Made by a program: the position numbers and the translations under genes
Notes under the pieces: model-generated
Told to the model about the DNA's origin: nothing
Seen by the model: only the letters and a program-made list of their open reading frames with translations
The model's database searches: none
Assembly: GCA_001949185.1 (NCBI GenBank)
Contig: BDGG01000010.1
Location: 1,790,773-1,854,772, forward strand
From: Ramazzottius varieornatus
Lineage: Eukaryota > Animalia > Tardigrada
Length of the DNA: 64,000 nucleotides
Direction of reading: 5' to 3'
In this document: piece after piece, positions 12,153-25,057 of the stretch
How positions within the stretch are numbered: position 1 is the first letter of the stretch
How the letters are laid out: each line of letters starts with the position of its first letter

Positions 12153-13534
12153 TGGCTTCTAAGCCCATAAGTACACAAAACAAAATGTTTTATTTTTATC
12201 ACATGGAAGAAAAGGTTGCCTGTTCGATGGATCTAATTCCCTGAATATGGGACGTGGGCAAATGAAATGATTCAGATCTCAAGCAGCGCACTTTTCTGTT
12301 GTTTCGGCTGCAAGTGTGCGCCACTTGGCAGAACGACCTGGACTGAATCGTTTGCCTACGTCCCAAATGCTGTTCACTCGAATGAATTCAACGCTGATTC
12401 TCTCTTGCAGATCCATCGGCTAACTTCACCGTTGCGAGCTTTGAGTCGGTGAGTGCCTACGGCTTATCAGCAATCTCATTAGTGATGAAATAAAATTTTA
12501 ATGCATTCGATTTCAATTGGAAATCGACCAGAACAAATGCCATTTTAACGTCAATTTGATGATCACTTGAAGACAACGTTCCGCGCCTGCTGGGAAAACC
12601 ACCTCTCGATGGCCCAACCATGGGGACCCGGGACACGGTGCCAGTGGGTTGTCGAGTTCCCCGCCTGTCTCGACTGTCACGAGATGGGAGGGAACTGTAA
12701 CGGGGTGTGGCTTTTTGACTTGTTCAACTGACAATACACTTGAGTAAATCTAATCACATAGCATCCATAATAAAGAGGCATCTCTACTACAGCTTATCTA
12801 ACAGTTTCCTCTTGTGGCACAACCCTTTTAAGAGGATAATCGAAGAAGCATCCATATTATGGGATACAACTTGTACGCTGTATCCATAACAAGAGGGGCA
12901 TGTGTTTGCTATCGCTTGAGTAAAGACGGCTTTCACTCCTTCTCTTCTGATCTGTCTTGACAGTATGAATCACAGTCGATCATTTTCTTTTTTTTTTGAA
13001 GAAACCGCAAAGCCGGTTTGAGGTCTTCGAGATGAATGAGGTTATACTTAGGACAAATTTCTTGTCTTTCAAACCATTTTGTTAACTTGTCAAGCGCTGC
13101 TTGCAGATGTGTAATTTATTCTTCCGTCTTGTACAAAATGGACAACGTCTGTCTTTAATCGATCTACAAGAGACCGCGACCACCTCGAGCTTTGGACATA
13201 AACACGACACGTGAAGCGCAAGAGGGTGAAAGAGATTGCGGTTCGTATCGTCCATCGGTGAGACAAGTCGCTCAGCTGGTGTCTGTTTGATGTCAAGGAC
13301 AACAAGGAAGTGTTGAATTTTGAACGAAGACTCGCGCTTGCATCGCTCCGCTGAACCACCCCGCGCTAGCTGTTACATACAAAAGGCAATTTGTGTTTGT
13401 TCGCGGTGCAAAAGTCATCTGCTCGGTGCTCGGAATGTAACTCACTGTTACGGTGAATTGACGAACTGTCAACATTGCAAGCGCTGGACACAAGAATTAG
13501 TAGCCGTTTTGCCAAAGAGCGGAAAGACAGATTC

Positions 13535-14257
13535 ATGATGGCTGTAGATGACGAGGTGTTTCACCATGTTCCTGGACTGCCAATGACTTCGGAAGCTGTG
13601 CGTATGAAATTTGCTATAACGACAACTTTACCCAAAAACTTTCGAAACAAAATTGAATTATTTCCGTCATATGGAAAATTTCATCGATTTTCCTCAGAAT
13701 TATCCTGGTATGAGGAACAAACATGCTAATTTTTTTGCGTAGATTCCGGTTCGGATAGAGAAGGAGAAGCTGATCGATGAAAGCGGCGAAGCGTTGTTCC
13801 GGTGTGGCTTTCGCATTGGCGGCGGTATTGACCAAGACCCCGGAAAATCACCACATGGGTACACCGATAAAGTAAGTTATTCTTTTTACTAATGATAATC
13901 CCAGAGATGAAAATTTGCATCAGAGATCAGTCTACCGCAACATGTCTCTGAAAGATCGTGGGTCCTGGGCTGTTTCTCACTGCTTATAGTGTTGTCAGGG
14001 GATTTACGTCACCGGTATCCATGAAGGAACACCTGCGTCCCGTTCTGGTCTCAAGATCCACGACAAGCTGCTTCAGGTACATTTACACAGGCTTCATTTC
14101 ATTCGAGGAACTTGAATGCGCTATTCTGGTAAGGTGAATATCTTCGACGTTGTTTCAGGTTAACGGGCATGACTTTACCCTTGTAACCCACAAGGAAGCC
14201 TGTGACTACATTGCCAAATACCCCGTGCTGAACGCGCTCGTCGCAAGGAAAGAGTGA
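13535..14257 (+). CDS. Small single-PDZ protein, TAX1BP3/TIP-1-like (4 exons)
   Basis: Manual translation: MMAVDDEVFHHVPG.. / IPVRIEKEK...CGFRIGGGIDQDPGKSPHGYTDK / GIYVTGIHEGTPASRSGLKIHDKLLQ / VNGHDFTLVTHKEACDYIAKYPVLNALVARKE*. Confidence 0.88.
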
Positions 14258-14397
14258 ACTTTGCAAGCATCTCCGGCATATTTTACATTTTATGATCCTA
14301 CAGATCGAACGACGATGGACTGTGCGCTTCTGAGAGAACCGTCTTGTGATATGGAAATACTTTTTATCAATCTTCACTGCATGATGACTGAATCGAT

Positions 14398-17300
14398 TTA
14401 AAACCCATAAGTATAGTCTGAATCGAAGACTACTGCATATCGAGGAGTACGAGCAATAATTTTTGGCTGGGGGATGGCTTGTCGGTCCAGGAAGTCCTTC
14501 GCTTTGGCGATAAGTCCGGACAGGCTTTGTGTGACAGTGTCGCGTTTGTCGATAGCATCGTCCGGTTCGGACTCCAGATGAGTTACAAGTTTACTCAAAG
14601 TTTCTTCCAGGTCCATGCAGGTCTTGGCCACGTCAAGGCGAGCATCTGCGCCGCTGACTGCAGGCGGGGTGAAAGGTACTGCGAACTGAGGGACGGTCGC
14701 TGCAGAAGTCGCTCCGAAGGTTCTCGGCTCTTCGGGAAGAAAGGCTGCCTCTGTGGCTTTGTCGGCCCGATCCACATGCCGCTGACATTTGATGCAGGAC
14801 AGGTCTGTAATTTCTCGGCCTGTAGGGTTTGTTGAACGGGAGTTGTAATGAGATATCTGGCTTCCAAAGCGACTAGGAAGAGTTGGATCGGTCAAATGTC
14901 TCAAAAGCTCTGTGAAGCTTGCTAGGGAATTCGAACTTCCGGGTCGACCACTTCCGGTATCTGTTTCTTCCAACCCGGCTATCACATCCGCCGGAGAGAG
15001 CTCTGGTAGGTTTGGTGCGGATTCCGTGACTAGTTCTTCCAGAGGAAGATCATCATCATCGTTCAAGTCGCCTATTTCTGAAGATGGAGGAGAGATCGGT
15101 GAGAACACCTGGACGTTCTGATAACGTCGCTGATAGGGTTGTCTGAAATCACTTGCGCGAGGGGAGTCGTATTGTGTTGTGAAGGTACGGGACACAACCT
15201 CTGCGCTGTCGGCTCTTTCAATCGATTGACTTCCAACGGCTACAAAGCATTGTGCAGGGGATATAGTTTGCGAAGGTGAAAGAATGGAACAATTTGAGCG
15301 AGGTGTCTGACGGTTTGCAGGCGAGCTCACAATCGTCCACGGAGAAGCGCTGTGGGTTGACGTTGATATGCCGGACTGTGGTGAGCGTTCGTAGTTAGTT
15401 CTGGAACAGCTCGGTCGCTGATCGGGAAGCATACTTTGAGCTGGGCTGACTGCGCTCGAGGCAGTTCGTGAGGATCTCTTCCTTCTTCCTGCAGTTGGAG
15501 TTTGCTGCGAGACTGGGCTGGTGTCTGGAAAGCTGTAAGGATCGATGGACACCGAGGGTGGTGGACTGGCGATGACGTCATGCTGCCCATTGGCTGAACA
15601 ACGAATGGCGGTAGATGACGCTCTTTCCACTTCCGTTCGGCTGCTCAGATCACCTGTTCGCAGTGGAGAAATCTCATGACTCTCATCGTGTGCCGCGAAC
15701 CTGTCCGCGAATTTCTTTTTCCGTCCTATGTCTTCAAGTCCGGGAAGAGGACCTAAATCTAGTTTAATTAAATTTTGATGAGCTGAGCCTTTCACGGAAC
15801 TTATGGAAAGCAATGTAAGTGGCTGAGTCTGACTCAATAACGTTAAGTCGTTAACAGTCTCTTCTGGCCGTCTGCGAACTCTATCTACGTGGCGCTTACA
15901 TTCTCTAAGAGGTGGATGGTTGGGCCTTCTTCTGGACACCACCGATGAGATGGACGACGGCTCCATGCGACCGAGACAAGCTTCTACAGCATCTTTCTCG
16001 TGGTCGTTTGTGCCTTCCTCATAGGCTTCTGGGGAATCTGTAGATTAGACCGTGACAGTAGACGTTTCTTGCTTTGCGTAAAGTGTTCTCTCACCGGAGT
16101 GTGGATTTTCGGGGATTTTGTCGCCGGGATCTGAAGGCAAGCTGTCTTCAGAAACCGGCTCGTGGTTGGAGGAACTGATTGGTTCCAGTTCTTCGGAGTT
16201 GAGGTAGGCCTCAATCGAACGTCGTCTATAAACAAAGTTCTATCGTCCATTTTTATGTACTGTACAATAAATACGTGTGCTAGACTATCACATACGTTTC
16301 TGCTTGAAGGAGATCCAGCGTGGGAGCTAACTTCGAAGGTCTTCCACGCCTCCTCTTCGGCACATTAGACTCGGCAGCGACTTTCGTGGTTGGCTTCTTC
16401 TTCGACGCAGCCGGTGGTCTGTAACGCAAAGTATTCTATTTTCTGGTGGCGGAGGAGCTCAAATTTCCCGTGCTAACAGGAGCAGGTTCCGCAGTAATAC
16501 GTACTGTTTCTCCTCCATGCTTTCCGGTGGAAGGTGAGTTATGGTGCGGAGTGGCTTCGGCTGTTCAAGCGCCTTTCTCGACAGACGTGGTCTTTTGCAT
16601 TGCTGCGTCGGTTCCGCCAATGGCTTGAATCTTTGTCCACTATGCAGCAACATTTTCGAAAAACTGCCAGCATGGTCACTCAGGGAAATGATGTGTGATT
16701 GAAAAAATGAAAAGGAGGGGGCGGTGGGGGATTGTGTGCTGGTTGATGGGCTCTTCGACAATGGTGACTTCGAATTTTTCGCTCTTCGGAGAAAAATTGT
16801 CCATTATCAATTCGTTCATGATCGTGTACAAGACAAGTGGCTTTCTGACTCACCTTTTCCGCCTCCTTCTTCGAGGACCTTGGGAGTTCTGGGATGAAGA
16901 AGCCTGGTCGTTCAGTAACTGTCTGCCAGCCGATGAAAACCTTTCGCTACGGGAAGCGGATCTCTCACTCCTATGGTCCTCTATAACAGGACGCCGCAAG
17001 GTTCCAGTGAAGGGACAACTGTTAGACACACGGTTAGGCTGGACATCAACATCAACCTCGGACTCTGGTGGACCAGGTGACAAGGCGTTGCGAATTTCCT
17101 CCAAGCTAGGAATACTGTTGAGAATACTGATTGATTTCTGGGCAAACTCCATATCGACGTGAGGCAGGTTGAGAGTTGGAGAGATTATTCTAGGTTGAGT
17201 GTTCTGAGCTGCGTTTTTGGCCGCACGCTCCTTGACCATTCTTATCAGGTTCTTGGATGTTCTGGAAGGCGGTGCTCCGGCGGCGTGGTTGTGAGGCTTG

Positions 17301-17641
17301 CTTGCCGCTACTTGCATGGGCGTCGGCCAGATGCGGATGCTTCCGGGACAGGCAATACCGTTTTGCACATACTGGTCCATGTCAATGCAACGGTAAACGG
17401 CGAGATCCTCGTCTGTTTTTCCACTGAAACAATGTTTGTGTCCGGAATAGACGCCTACAGGCTCTGTATTTCCATATATATGATAAAAGTGGGGCTTCTC
17501 CGGCGGAGCTTCCTTGCTGTGACTTGGTAGTGGGATACTGCACACGTTTTCTTCTGCAGGATCCTTCTTCGTTCTACTGTTGATCGAGGATAAAATGCTG
17601 CGGTTGCTGGAAGAAACACTGCGTTCGTGTCGACTACTCAT
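14398..17641 (-). CDS. Orphan ~950-aa Ser/Pro/Arg-rich disordered protein with an AT-hook
   Basis: Long ORFs 16850-17641 and 14398-15966 are bridged by small exons (~16419-16297, 16225-16095, 16037 onward). The last three junctions were checked and are phase-compatible. PKRRRGRPSK lies at ~16331-16360. Confidence 0.75.
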
Positions 17642-18694
17642 TCCAAAGGCATCCGAGAAGACGGAAACACGTAACAGAATAACAATAGTATCCAGTTTTC
17701 ATTATAAATCCGAAAGTTATCACTCTTGACACTTCCATGCTCGTAGGAAGATGTCTGCTAGATATCATGCTTCGTCAAATGAGCAAAGTTTCAGTGGATT
17801 GAGAATTTCAATGCAGGGTAATATATTGTAGGATGAGCATGTTGAGCGAAAGCAAGAGCTGAAATTCTTCTTGGCGATCGTCGACGTTTGCGGTGGCGCA
17901 CGAGTTCGCCAATATACCTGCAGGCTCTTTTGAGAACGGAAAAGGTTTACTTGTTTGTATATTGACGTGGCGTAATCGGTGTAAAATGAAGTCGCCGCGA
18001 TCAGGTTTTCGGCGACTCCTCGTACTACTACGAAATTGTTACCTTTGTGCCGTACTTCGCTCTGTGTGAAGTGAGCTGTCATAAATACTGACGTGAATGC
18101 TCAAGAGCCGGTAGAATTTGGAAATTCAGCAGATTACTATTAAATATGGCAATGGGCATAAATAAGTACTTGAGGAGCGCTTATGATTTTCAAAGCTCCG
18201 ATTGACCAACTGAAATTTTCTCTCGGTGGAGTTTAGCGACCGGTTTGACACTCTCGAGAACGTTGCACTGCTTTCGATCTGCGGTGGGTTCCACGAGTCG
18301 ATTTGTATTCAGGGAAAACACGTGAGGGATAGCTAGTTGAGAACACTGCTGACACTCCCACAAAACCCTACGCTGTGTTCTGTCTGAATGGAAGTGGCCA
18401 ATAAGGAAACAATAGCCAACTGTATTGTCACGTCCACTCACATCAGATTATCCACAGGCAAATATGGATGTGGACTTGGGTCTGTTGGCGGAAATGAACA
18501 CTGGCCTGTAAAGTCGAAAGTGTTGACCTTAATCTCTTCATGCATAAATAGCTTGGCCAATCAAGAATTCAAAGTTCGGAGAATACCATGAATGCCGTAT
18601 ATAAGGCCTCAAAACCTGGCGTTGTTTTCCGTCGACTTCTCTGACTTCCTACGCGTTCAAATTTTGATCTTTTTAGGAACTCACATCTTTGAAA

Positions 18695-19679
18695 ATGTCA
18701 CAGCTAATCTTTGCCTTTGTTCTTCTAGTCACCTTGACCATAGTTCACGCCGGCGACGATGCGTCAGTCCACGTTCACGTTGAGTCAGCCCCAGGACCCG
18801 ACATGGGAATGCGACTGCCGCTCTTCAATTACTATCGGTCCGCCATGGGTGCTCCGCCGGACCCTGCATTAGCCGCTGCCTTCTCAAAATGGCACGGAGA
18901 TGAGGTCCACAGCCAAGGTCCCGATGCAGTACTTCCCCCTACTCCCGTTGCTCAAGCTCCGAATGGTGGAAGCCTGCAGCACGCGAACCGTCCACTTCGA
19001 ATTGCTCCCGAGCCATTTGAGGGATACCGTGGAATGGGTAAGAACCGTCTAGCAAACTTTCTACTTTTCAAACCCTGATTCATCTCTTTCTTTGAAGAAT
19101 CGAACTTGCTGCGCCCGAGATCTAAACGCTCGGTTTCAAAGTACCCAGTGCCAATTGAATGCCTTTACGTAGGTGCGACCAGTCCTCATAGGCACGGACC
19201 ACAACGACTTGGGCAGCAGCAGATGATGGCCAATAGCGGAGAGCAGCGACTTGACGGCTCCCGAACGATCGCTGACTTCACCGTCCCGTTTCCGGGTTCG
19301 CGAAAGTCACACGATCAACCTCGACATGTGCATGGCGGAGTGGACACAATCCCTCCATGGCTCTTGCGAAAACGAATGCTGAATCGGTATGGGCTGAAGA
19401 AGTATCTGCAGCCGTATAGCCAAGGTGAGAACGATTGTCATTCTGCGTTAACGAGAACACTACGCATGCATGTTGCTCGTAAAACATCTACAAGCAATAA
19501 AGGGTATAATTGCGATTCAAAACCTTGCTTCGCCCTTAGTTAATCTGGAAAGGATGGAGCAGTATGATCCAGAAGCTGAACCCACCTACCCGCGATCCGC
19601 AAGGATCGTAACGAAGAACTACCGACTAGCGGCGCCCGGACCGGCGGACTACGATGACTTTGAGCGCATGGACTACTGA
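18695..19679 (+). CDS. Orphan secreted protein / possible peptide precursor (3 exons)
   Basis: Signal peptide MSQLIFAFVLLVTLTIVHA, basic sites RSKR, RK, RKR and KK, and GT-AG introns at ~19038 and ~19425. Confidence 0.7.
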
Positions 19680-20289
19680 ATATTTTGTGGATAGAATACT
19701 TGTTCCTGTTTCAACAGACCGGTGGCCTTATTCTAGAGACAGTGTCAGAAAGTGATGGGTTCAGTTACGTGCGTTCCGCAAAGTTCTAGTGCACGTGTCT
19801 GACAGTCCACAAAGCTTTTGCTGCGCAGTATAATTAATCTCTTTGGAGCAGGAGCGCAGTGCTGTTGTTACTCTTACTGTTTCGATGTCCGTTATGAGAC
19901 GATAAATATATTCTTATCGCTTGTGGTGAAAGTCGATTTAGTGCCAATACTAAAAAGGTCTGGTCCGGTTTTCTGGGTAGAGTCGAAATCCCGCTGTACA
20001 CACATGTTTGTCTTCCGGTTAGTTCTGGCGGCAAGATTTGCTCCTCCCATGGTGACGTCAGTTTGCCTGGCAAAATTGAACAGCTGACTATATGAAACTT
20101 TCTGATTAAAGTTTTGACTATTTTCCTTTTTTCTTCCAGATTATAACTCCGACTCCTCATAGCTGAGACTTGAGTTCTGGCTGCATTTCGTTGGGATTGA
20201 CCGAGAAGGAGGATAAAGGGCTCCAACGTTCGAACCATCAGACTCTGCGGAGACTTGGGCGTACACCGGGATGAGCGTGCCGCTGACGG

Positions 20290-23265
20290 ATGGTAAGGTT
20301 TTCGAATTGAAGTGTCTGCATTCGACTAATTCCTCTCTCGTATACGTATCCTCTTACTGCATAGGCTTGGTGTTCACCTGATTTCGGATCTGCTGCGGGT
20401 CCGTTTAGGATCCCCGAACCTCGCTCCTTGCCAATATCGGTAGCCCGACAGCGACGGCAGCCTGACAGCGATAAAAGCCAGTCGAATGGTGTCTCGCACG
20501 GAAACGACTCTAATGCTGAAGAGATCAACTTGGCAGAAGAGAGTACGGCGGCTGCAGGAAGCTCGCGGAAAAGAAGTTTGTCCTCAACAGTCAAATCCAA
20601 GAGGTTCCGTGATGGGAAGACGGCTAGGGAGTTGCTGGCGGATGTCCAAGCGCGGGCGTCGTCTGAGTTTCTCGAGCTGTGGGACAAGAAACATAGTCCA
20701 CAGAATAAGGTACTGTAACGTAACGATATGAATGATCAGCAACGAACAGTTCAGTGGATCAACGGGAAATTTATTGCAGTCGGAGTTAGCCGTCAACCCC
20801 AGGAAGATTGCGGAAGTGGAAGCATGGATGAAAGATGCTCAGGTACTACACTATTATTCCAGCGGAAACAAAGTAAAATAAACTGACTACATGAGTACTA
20901 CTTCTGTAGAACAATGGAAAGTTACTAGTACTGACCGGACCAGCAGGATCCGGAAGATCTGCGACTGTCAAAGCGATTGCGAAAGAAGCCAAGGTGAAAC
21001 TTAGCGAGTGGAAAAGCTCCACATACGCACCGTTCGATAAAGATACCGAAGGTACTCCACTTCCGGCCGAGTGCTCAAGCCTGTGTTTCTTACGGAATCT
21101 TAGTTCACTAACCGCAATGTGTTCCTGAATTGTAGAACGAACGTACTATGAACCGCAAGACGTTCAGTTCGACCATTTTCTTCACTCATCCAACCGCAGA
21201 TCGGTCATGGAAGATGCAGCGGAAGCGACGGCGACGATCGTTTTACTAGAGGTACGCGTTCCTAAGGTTAACAGTTGGACTTACTGTAGACTCCCAAAGT
21301 TGGAGTCATACTGCTTGGGCAATATCATGGATGCTCAGTTTGCCAAAATTGCATTGCAGGAACTTCCTGAGAGTTATGCCAGGAATCCTGTGAAGTTTCA
21401 CGACCTGATAAGGTAGGTCGGTATTTGATTCTTGTGGACTGCCTGTCACACAAAAATAACACTGTTTGTGTTTCAGGAGGAACTTAAATGCGAAGAACAC
21501 TATCAGGCTAGTCTTTATCCTGACGGAAGACTTTGCTGGAAATTCCCGGTTCTATACTATGTTTCCTGCTTCGGTGGTCTCTCAGCTAGCCATCACTGTA
21601 ATCAAGTGAGTTAACTGGATCTGGCAGACCTCAGCCGGTGTGAGTCATTTTTATTCTGATTTTCTTTTGTGATCCTAGTTTCAACCCCATCACTTCACCC
21701 TCAATGCGCAAGGCTTTGACTGCGATAAGCAGGAAGGAACTCGCTGGAGTAAGTTGTAACGCATCATCCTGTCGCTAATTCTGAACATCCAAAGTATGTT
21801 CTACTATACTGTAGAGATTCTTGGTGGTTATAGCGTATTTGCTTTGACGCTCTACACCGTTTTTTGTAGACGAACATCCCAGTCCCAACCGAGAAGATTG
21901 AAGAGCTCGCCACATCAGGTCGCGGTGACCTCCGCGCTTGCCTTACATCCCTGCAGTTCTACTGTGCCGCAGAAAAGTCAAGGAAACGCAAACCAGCAGG
22001 ACAGAAAATTATCCCTATGCCAGTTCTCAGCGACATGCGGGACCAGTCCCTTCTCTTATTCCGAGCGGTGGGACGAGCTTTCTACGTAAAAAGTATGCTA
22101 AATTGGTTCCAACTCGTTGATTCACCGCTGTTCCAGTTTCAAATCCGATAAGTTGTGAAGTTATGTTGTTACTAATATGTTTTGTCTTGCAGGAAACGTG
22201 GCGGATCCCATAAATAGTTTTGGTTTACCACCTAGCCTCTTCGTGGAAGCTCGCCGGCCGCTGACATACGTTCCGGAAGATATCGTTGAGCACTGCAGTA
22301 CGAGTAACGACAACTTCAATGCCTTTCTGCACGAAAACTACTCGTATTTCGTGCAAGATCTCAGTCTATTGGAACGCGCTACCGAGACGTTTAGTGTTGC
22401 GGACCTCGTGTCCTCTAACTGGATGGTGAGTAAATTTTGACTCGCAAGTCCGTCCTGTCTTATTTTGATTCATGGTATGCCTGTGCTTGCAGAGTCGGGA
22501 CCAGCTGCAGTCGTGCACCTCCTCCATCATTATTCGCGGACTCTTGCACCTGCAGCGCGCTGAGTTCAAACAGCAGTATCACCCAGTCGAGAAACCTGCT
22601 GCAACTGCGGTCTGGAAGAAAGTGCAAGAAAGGAAAAGCTCAGCACAGTCTGTGATCAACGGTAAGCATCCGCTGTGTTCCCAATGTCTCGTAAATTTCA
22701 CATGTTCGTCTTTTCCAGATATTTCTCCTTGCGTTAGAACTTCAGTTATTTTTGGCGATCTGATGCCTTTCCTCGGCAAAATCATTCCTTCGTGGAATAC
22801 TTCAGGTAAGCTATCCGAAATAGCGATCTTTTATCTGAGATCTCGAGTCGGAATACTGCATACACGTGTTCATGTTTTAGATCAGCATACGTTTCTTCGT
22901 GATATCGGCACATTCCCCGACGTTCCTCGCCACTTCTGTGTCAAACGGTATTTTTTCCCGTTCCTTGCCTCGGCGGTTGACTATGCTGTAATTCTTGTTC
23001 TCTTAGAGAGGTTCTTAAGGAAGACGAGTGGTACGACGCGAGAATGGTCGCACGAGCTAAGGTAAAACCTTCTAGTGAGAAGCCAACTACCCAACCAGGA
23101 AGTGATACCGGCCTGGAGGACCAACTTTCGCAAACGCAAATTCAAGCCGACGATAGCTTTTTCCCCGAAGCCGTTAATTTTGATTTACCGTCGTCTTCGC
23201 AGTCAACTCGTGAATATGATACTTCAGACGTGATGATAGAAGAAGACGACGACGCCGAATTCTGA
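20290..23265 (+). CDS. RAD17: Cell cycle checkpoint clamp loader RAD17, multi-exon
   Basis: MAWCSPDF N-terminus, LWDKKHSPQ..SELAVNPRKIAEVEAWM, P-loop LLVLTGPAGSGRS, IVLLE-ELP, GDLRACL, FLHENY and an acidic C-terminal tail. Confidence 0.9.
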
Positions 23266-23336
23266 TCAACTTCAAACTTTCACATTTTGGCTTTACAGAA
23301 CTTTATTGATAGTTTTCTAGCCACTTTCTTTCTCAT

Positions 23337-24440
23337 TCAGCTTTGTGATACATGTTTGGTGATTAGAAAGTCTTCCGGACTACTTGCATTTCGTGCAGGT
23401 GCTAACCTTTTCGGCAGTACAGAACGGGGAGCTACTTGCCCAGTAGCTCGGAATACATGACCGCGTTGAGCTAACACCTGCACTATGTGCATCATGTTCC
23501 GGCAATCGTCTATTCCACTGTGTTCGCGACCGGTATGCTTGATAGCGAGGCTCTCCAGCATCAGCATCATAGAACGCGGATAGTGGCCGATTGCTTCGGA
23601 GAATGCGTGCTTCAGGTTTATCCATTTCGAGAAGTAGGGACGAAGAGGCACACCGAAGTGATTGGCTTGGTTCGGCAACATCATGCCCAAGTCCCAATCT
23701 CCACAAGTCACGAAACAGGAAGAAACCTCGGGTCTCAGTAAGCCTAAAAAGTTGTAGGTTACACAGCAAGCTGAAAGAAAACGTCTACTTTTCCACCCAC
23801 CCTCAGTCTCCATCCATTTGTCAAACCGCCGCAGCGTTTCGGAGAATTGCGGCTGGCCATCGACCATATCTTGGATTATTCCCGTCAGCTGAGTGCAGAA
23901 GGGAGTGAGCTCTGAATTGACGGAAGGGGAGACGTACTGATGAAACTGAGAAACCGGTTTCATGGTGCGCGAGTCAACTTTTAGCACCGGAAACTCGATG
24001 ATTTCCTACGGCAAAAATGACCCCAGATGCACGAACTTTTCATGCTTGAAGCATATAAGTACTCGGTGCTAACTAACCTGTGGATGTGGTGGAGCATCTC
24101 TATCACAAGTAGCTTCGAAGTCCAAGACGAGGAAATAGTCATATATCTGACGAGGTAAGGCGACTTCTAGTTGCGCTCGTGCTCCCATCGACCTCATCCG
24201 TTCTTCGTATATAAAATTGGAAAAGCCAGGCTCTTTTACCACACGGGAATCGTAGGCTTTACTGAAGGCATACGGATCTCGATCCTTCACTCTTCTGTGA
24301 AGACGATATGCATCGGACGATCCGGATCGTGGTGGTCGCGAGTTGTACTCCCGCTCCACGATTTGGAAGACGCGCAGTAAGCTACTAACCTGCTGACGGA
24401 ATGAATTCGAGGCGGATACACTACTTACAGAGGACAACAT
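23337..24440 (-). CDS. ERI3: ERI1 exoribonuclease 3 (DEDDh 3'-5' exonuclease)
   Basis: YDYFLVLDFEATC, EIIEFPVL, LTPFCTQLTGIIQDMVDGQP, FVTCGDWDL and GREHSGIDDCRN. Confidence 0.92.
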
Positions 24441-25057
24441 ACTAGATACAACCTTGCTGATCCTGCCTTGAATGTACCGTGTACAGACGGCGCGGTAAGA
24501 TCATCGGATAACCACTTTAGGAGAATGGACCAACAGGAGGAAAAACTCTGAACAAGTTCAATGGCCAAAAGTGCAAACCGGAAATGGATCCTGTCCTGTA
24601 TTTGACATGACATCACTGATGTCAATCAAGCGAAACGGCAATCAGCTCAAACATGAACGTTACGCGGAATGGGCAGCCAGGCGCGACGGTTGTATAGCAT
24701 CCCGTGCCGTATAATTCGGGATCTCTTCCTGACTACTCTATGCGCGCACCTTGTTATTGAATTTTTAACCTTTTACGTATAGCTGGAATCCTAGAGGAGA
24801 GCGCGGTAACGCTAGGAAAGCCCTCGGTCGTGGGACCTCTTGCGAACTGCAGCCCTGATATGTATGATTCATCAAGTAGCAAAGAGGAATCCTGTCAAGT
24901 AGCATCTGTTTTCACCTGTCTTTCTTGCTCCAGATGAGGGAATTCGCCGATGGTTTCTCATCGAACGTATGGAATTACGAGTTCTGGACACAGTAGTTGG
25001 ATTTCATACCGACCCGCGTTTTGATGACAAGATATGTTCACTTGTTGACATTGCGTA

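Noticed and set aside
12568-12720. GC-rich stretch ending in TTTTT (possible Pol III RNA or ribozyme)
   Set aside because: No match to SRP, 7SK, RNase P/MRP, snRNA, hammerhead or HDV cores that I could identify.
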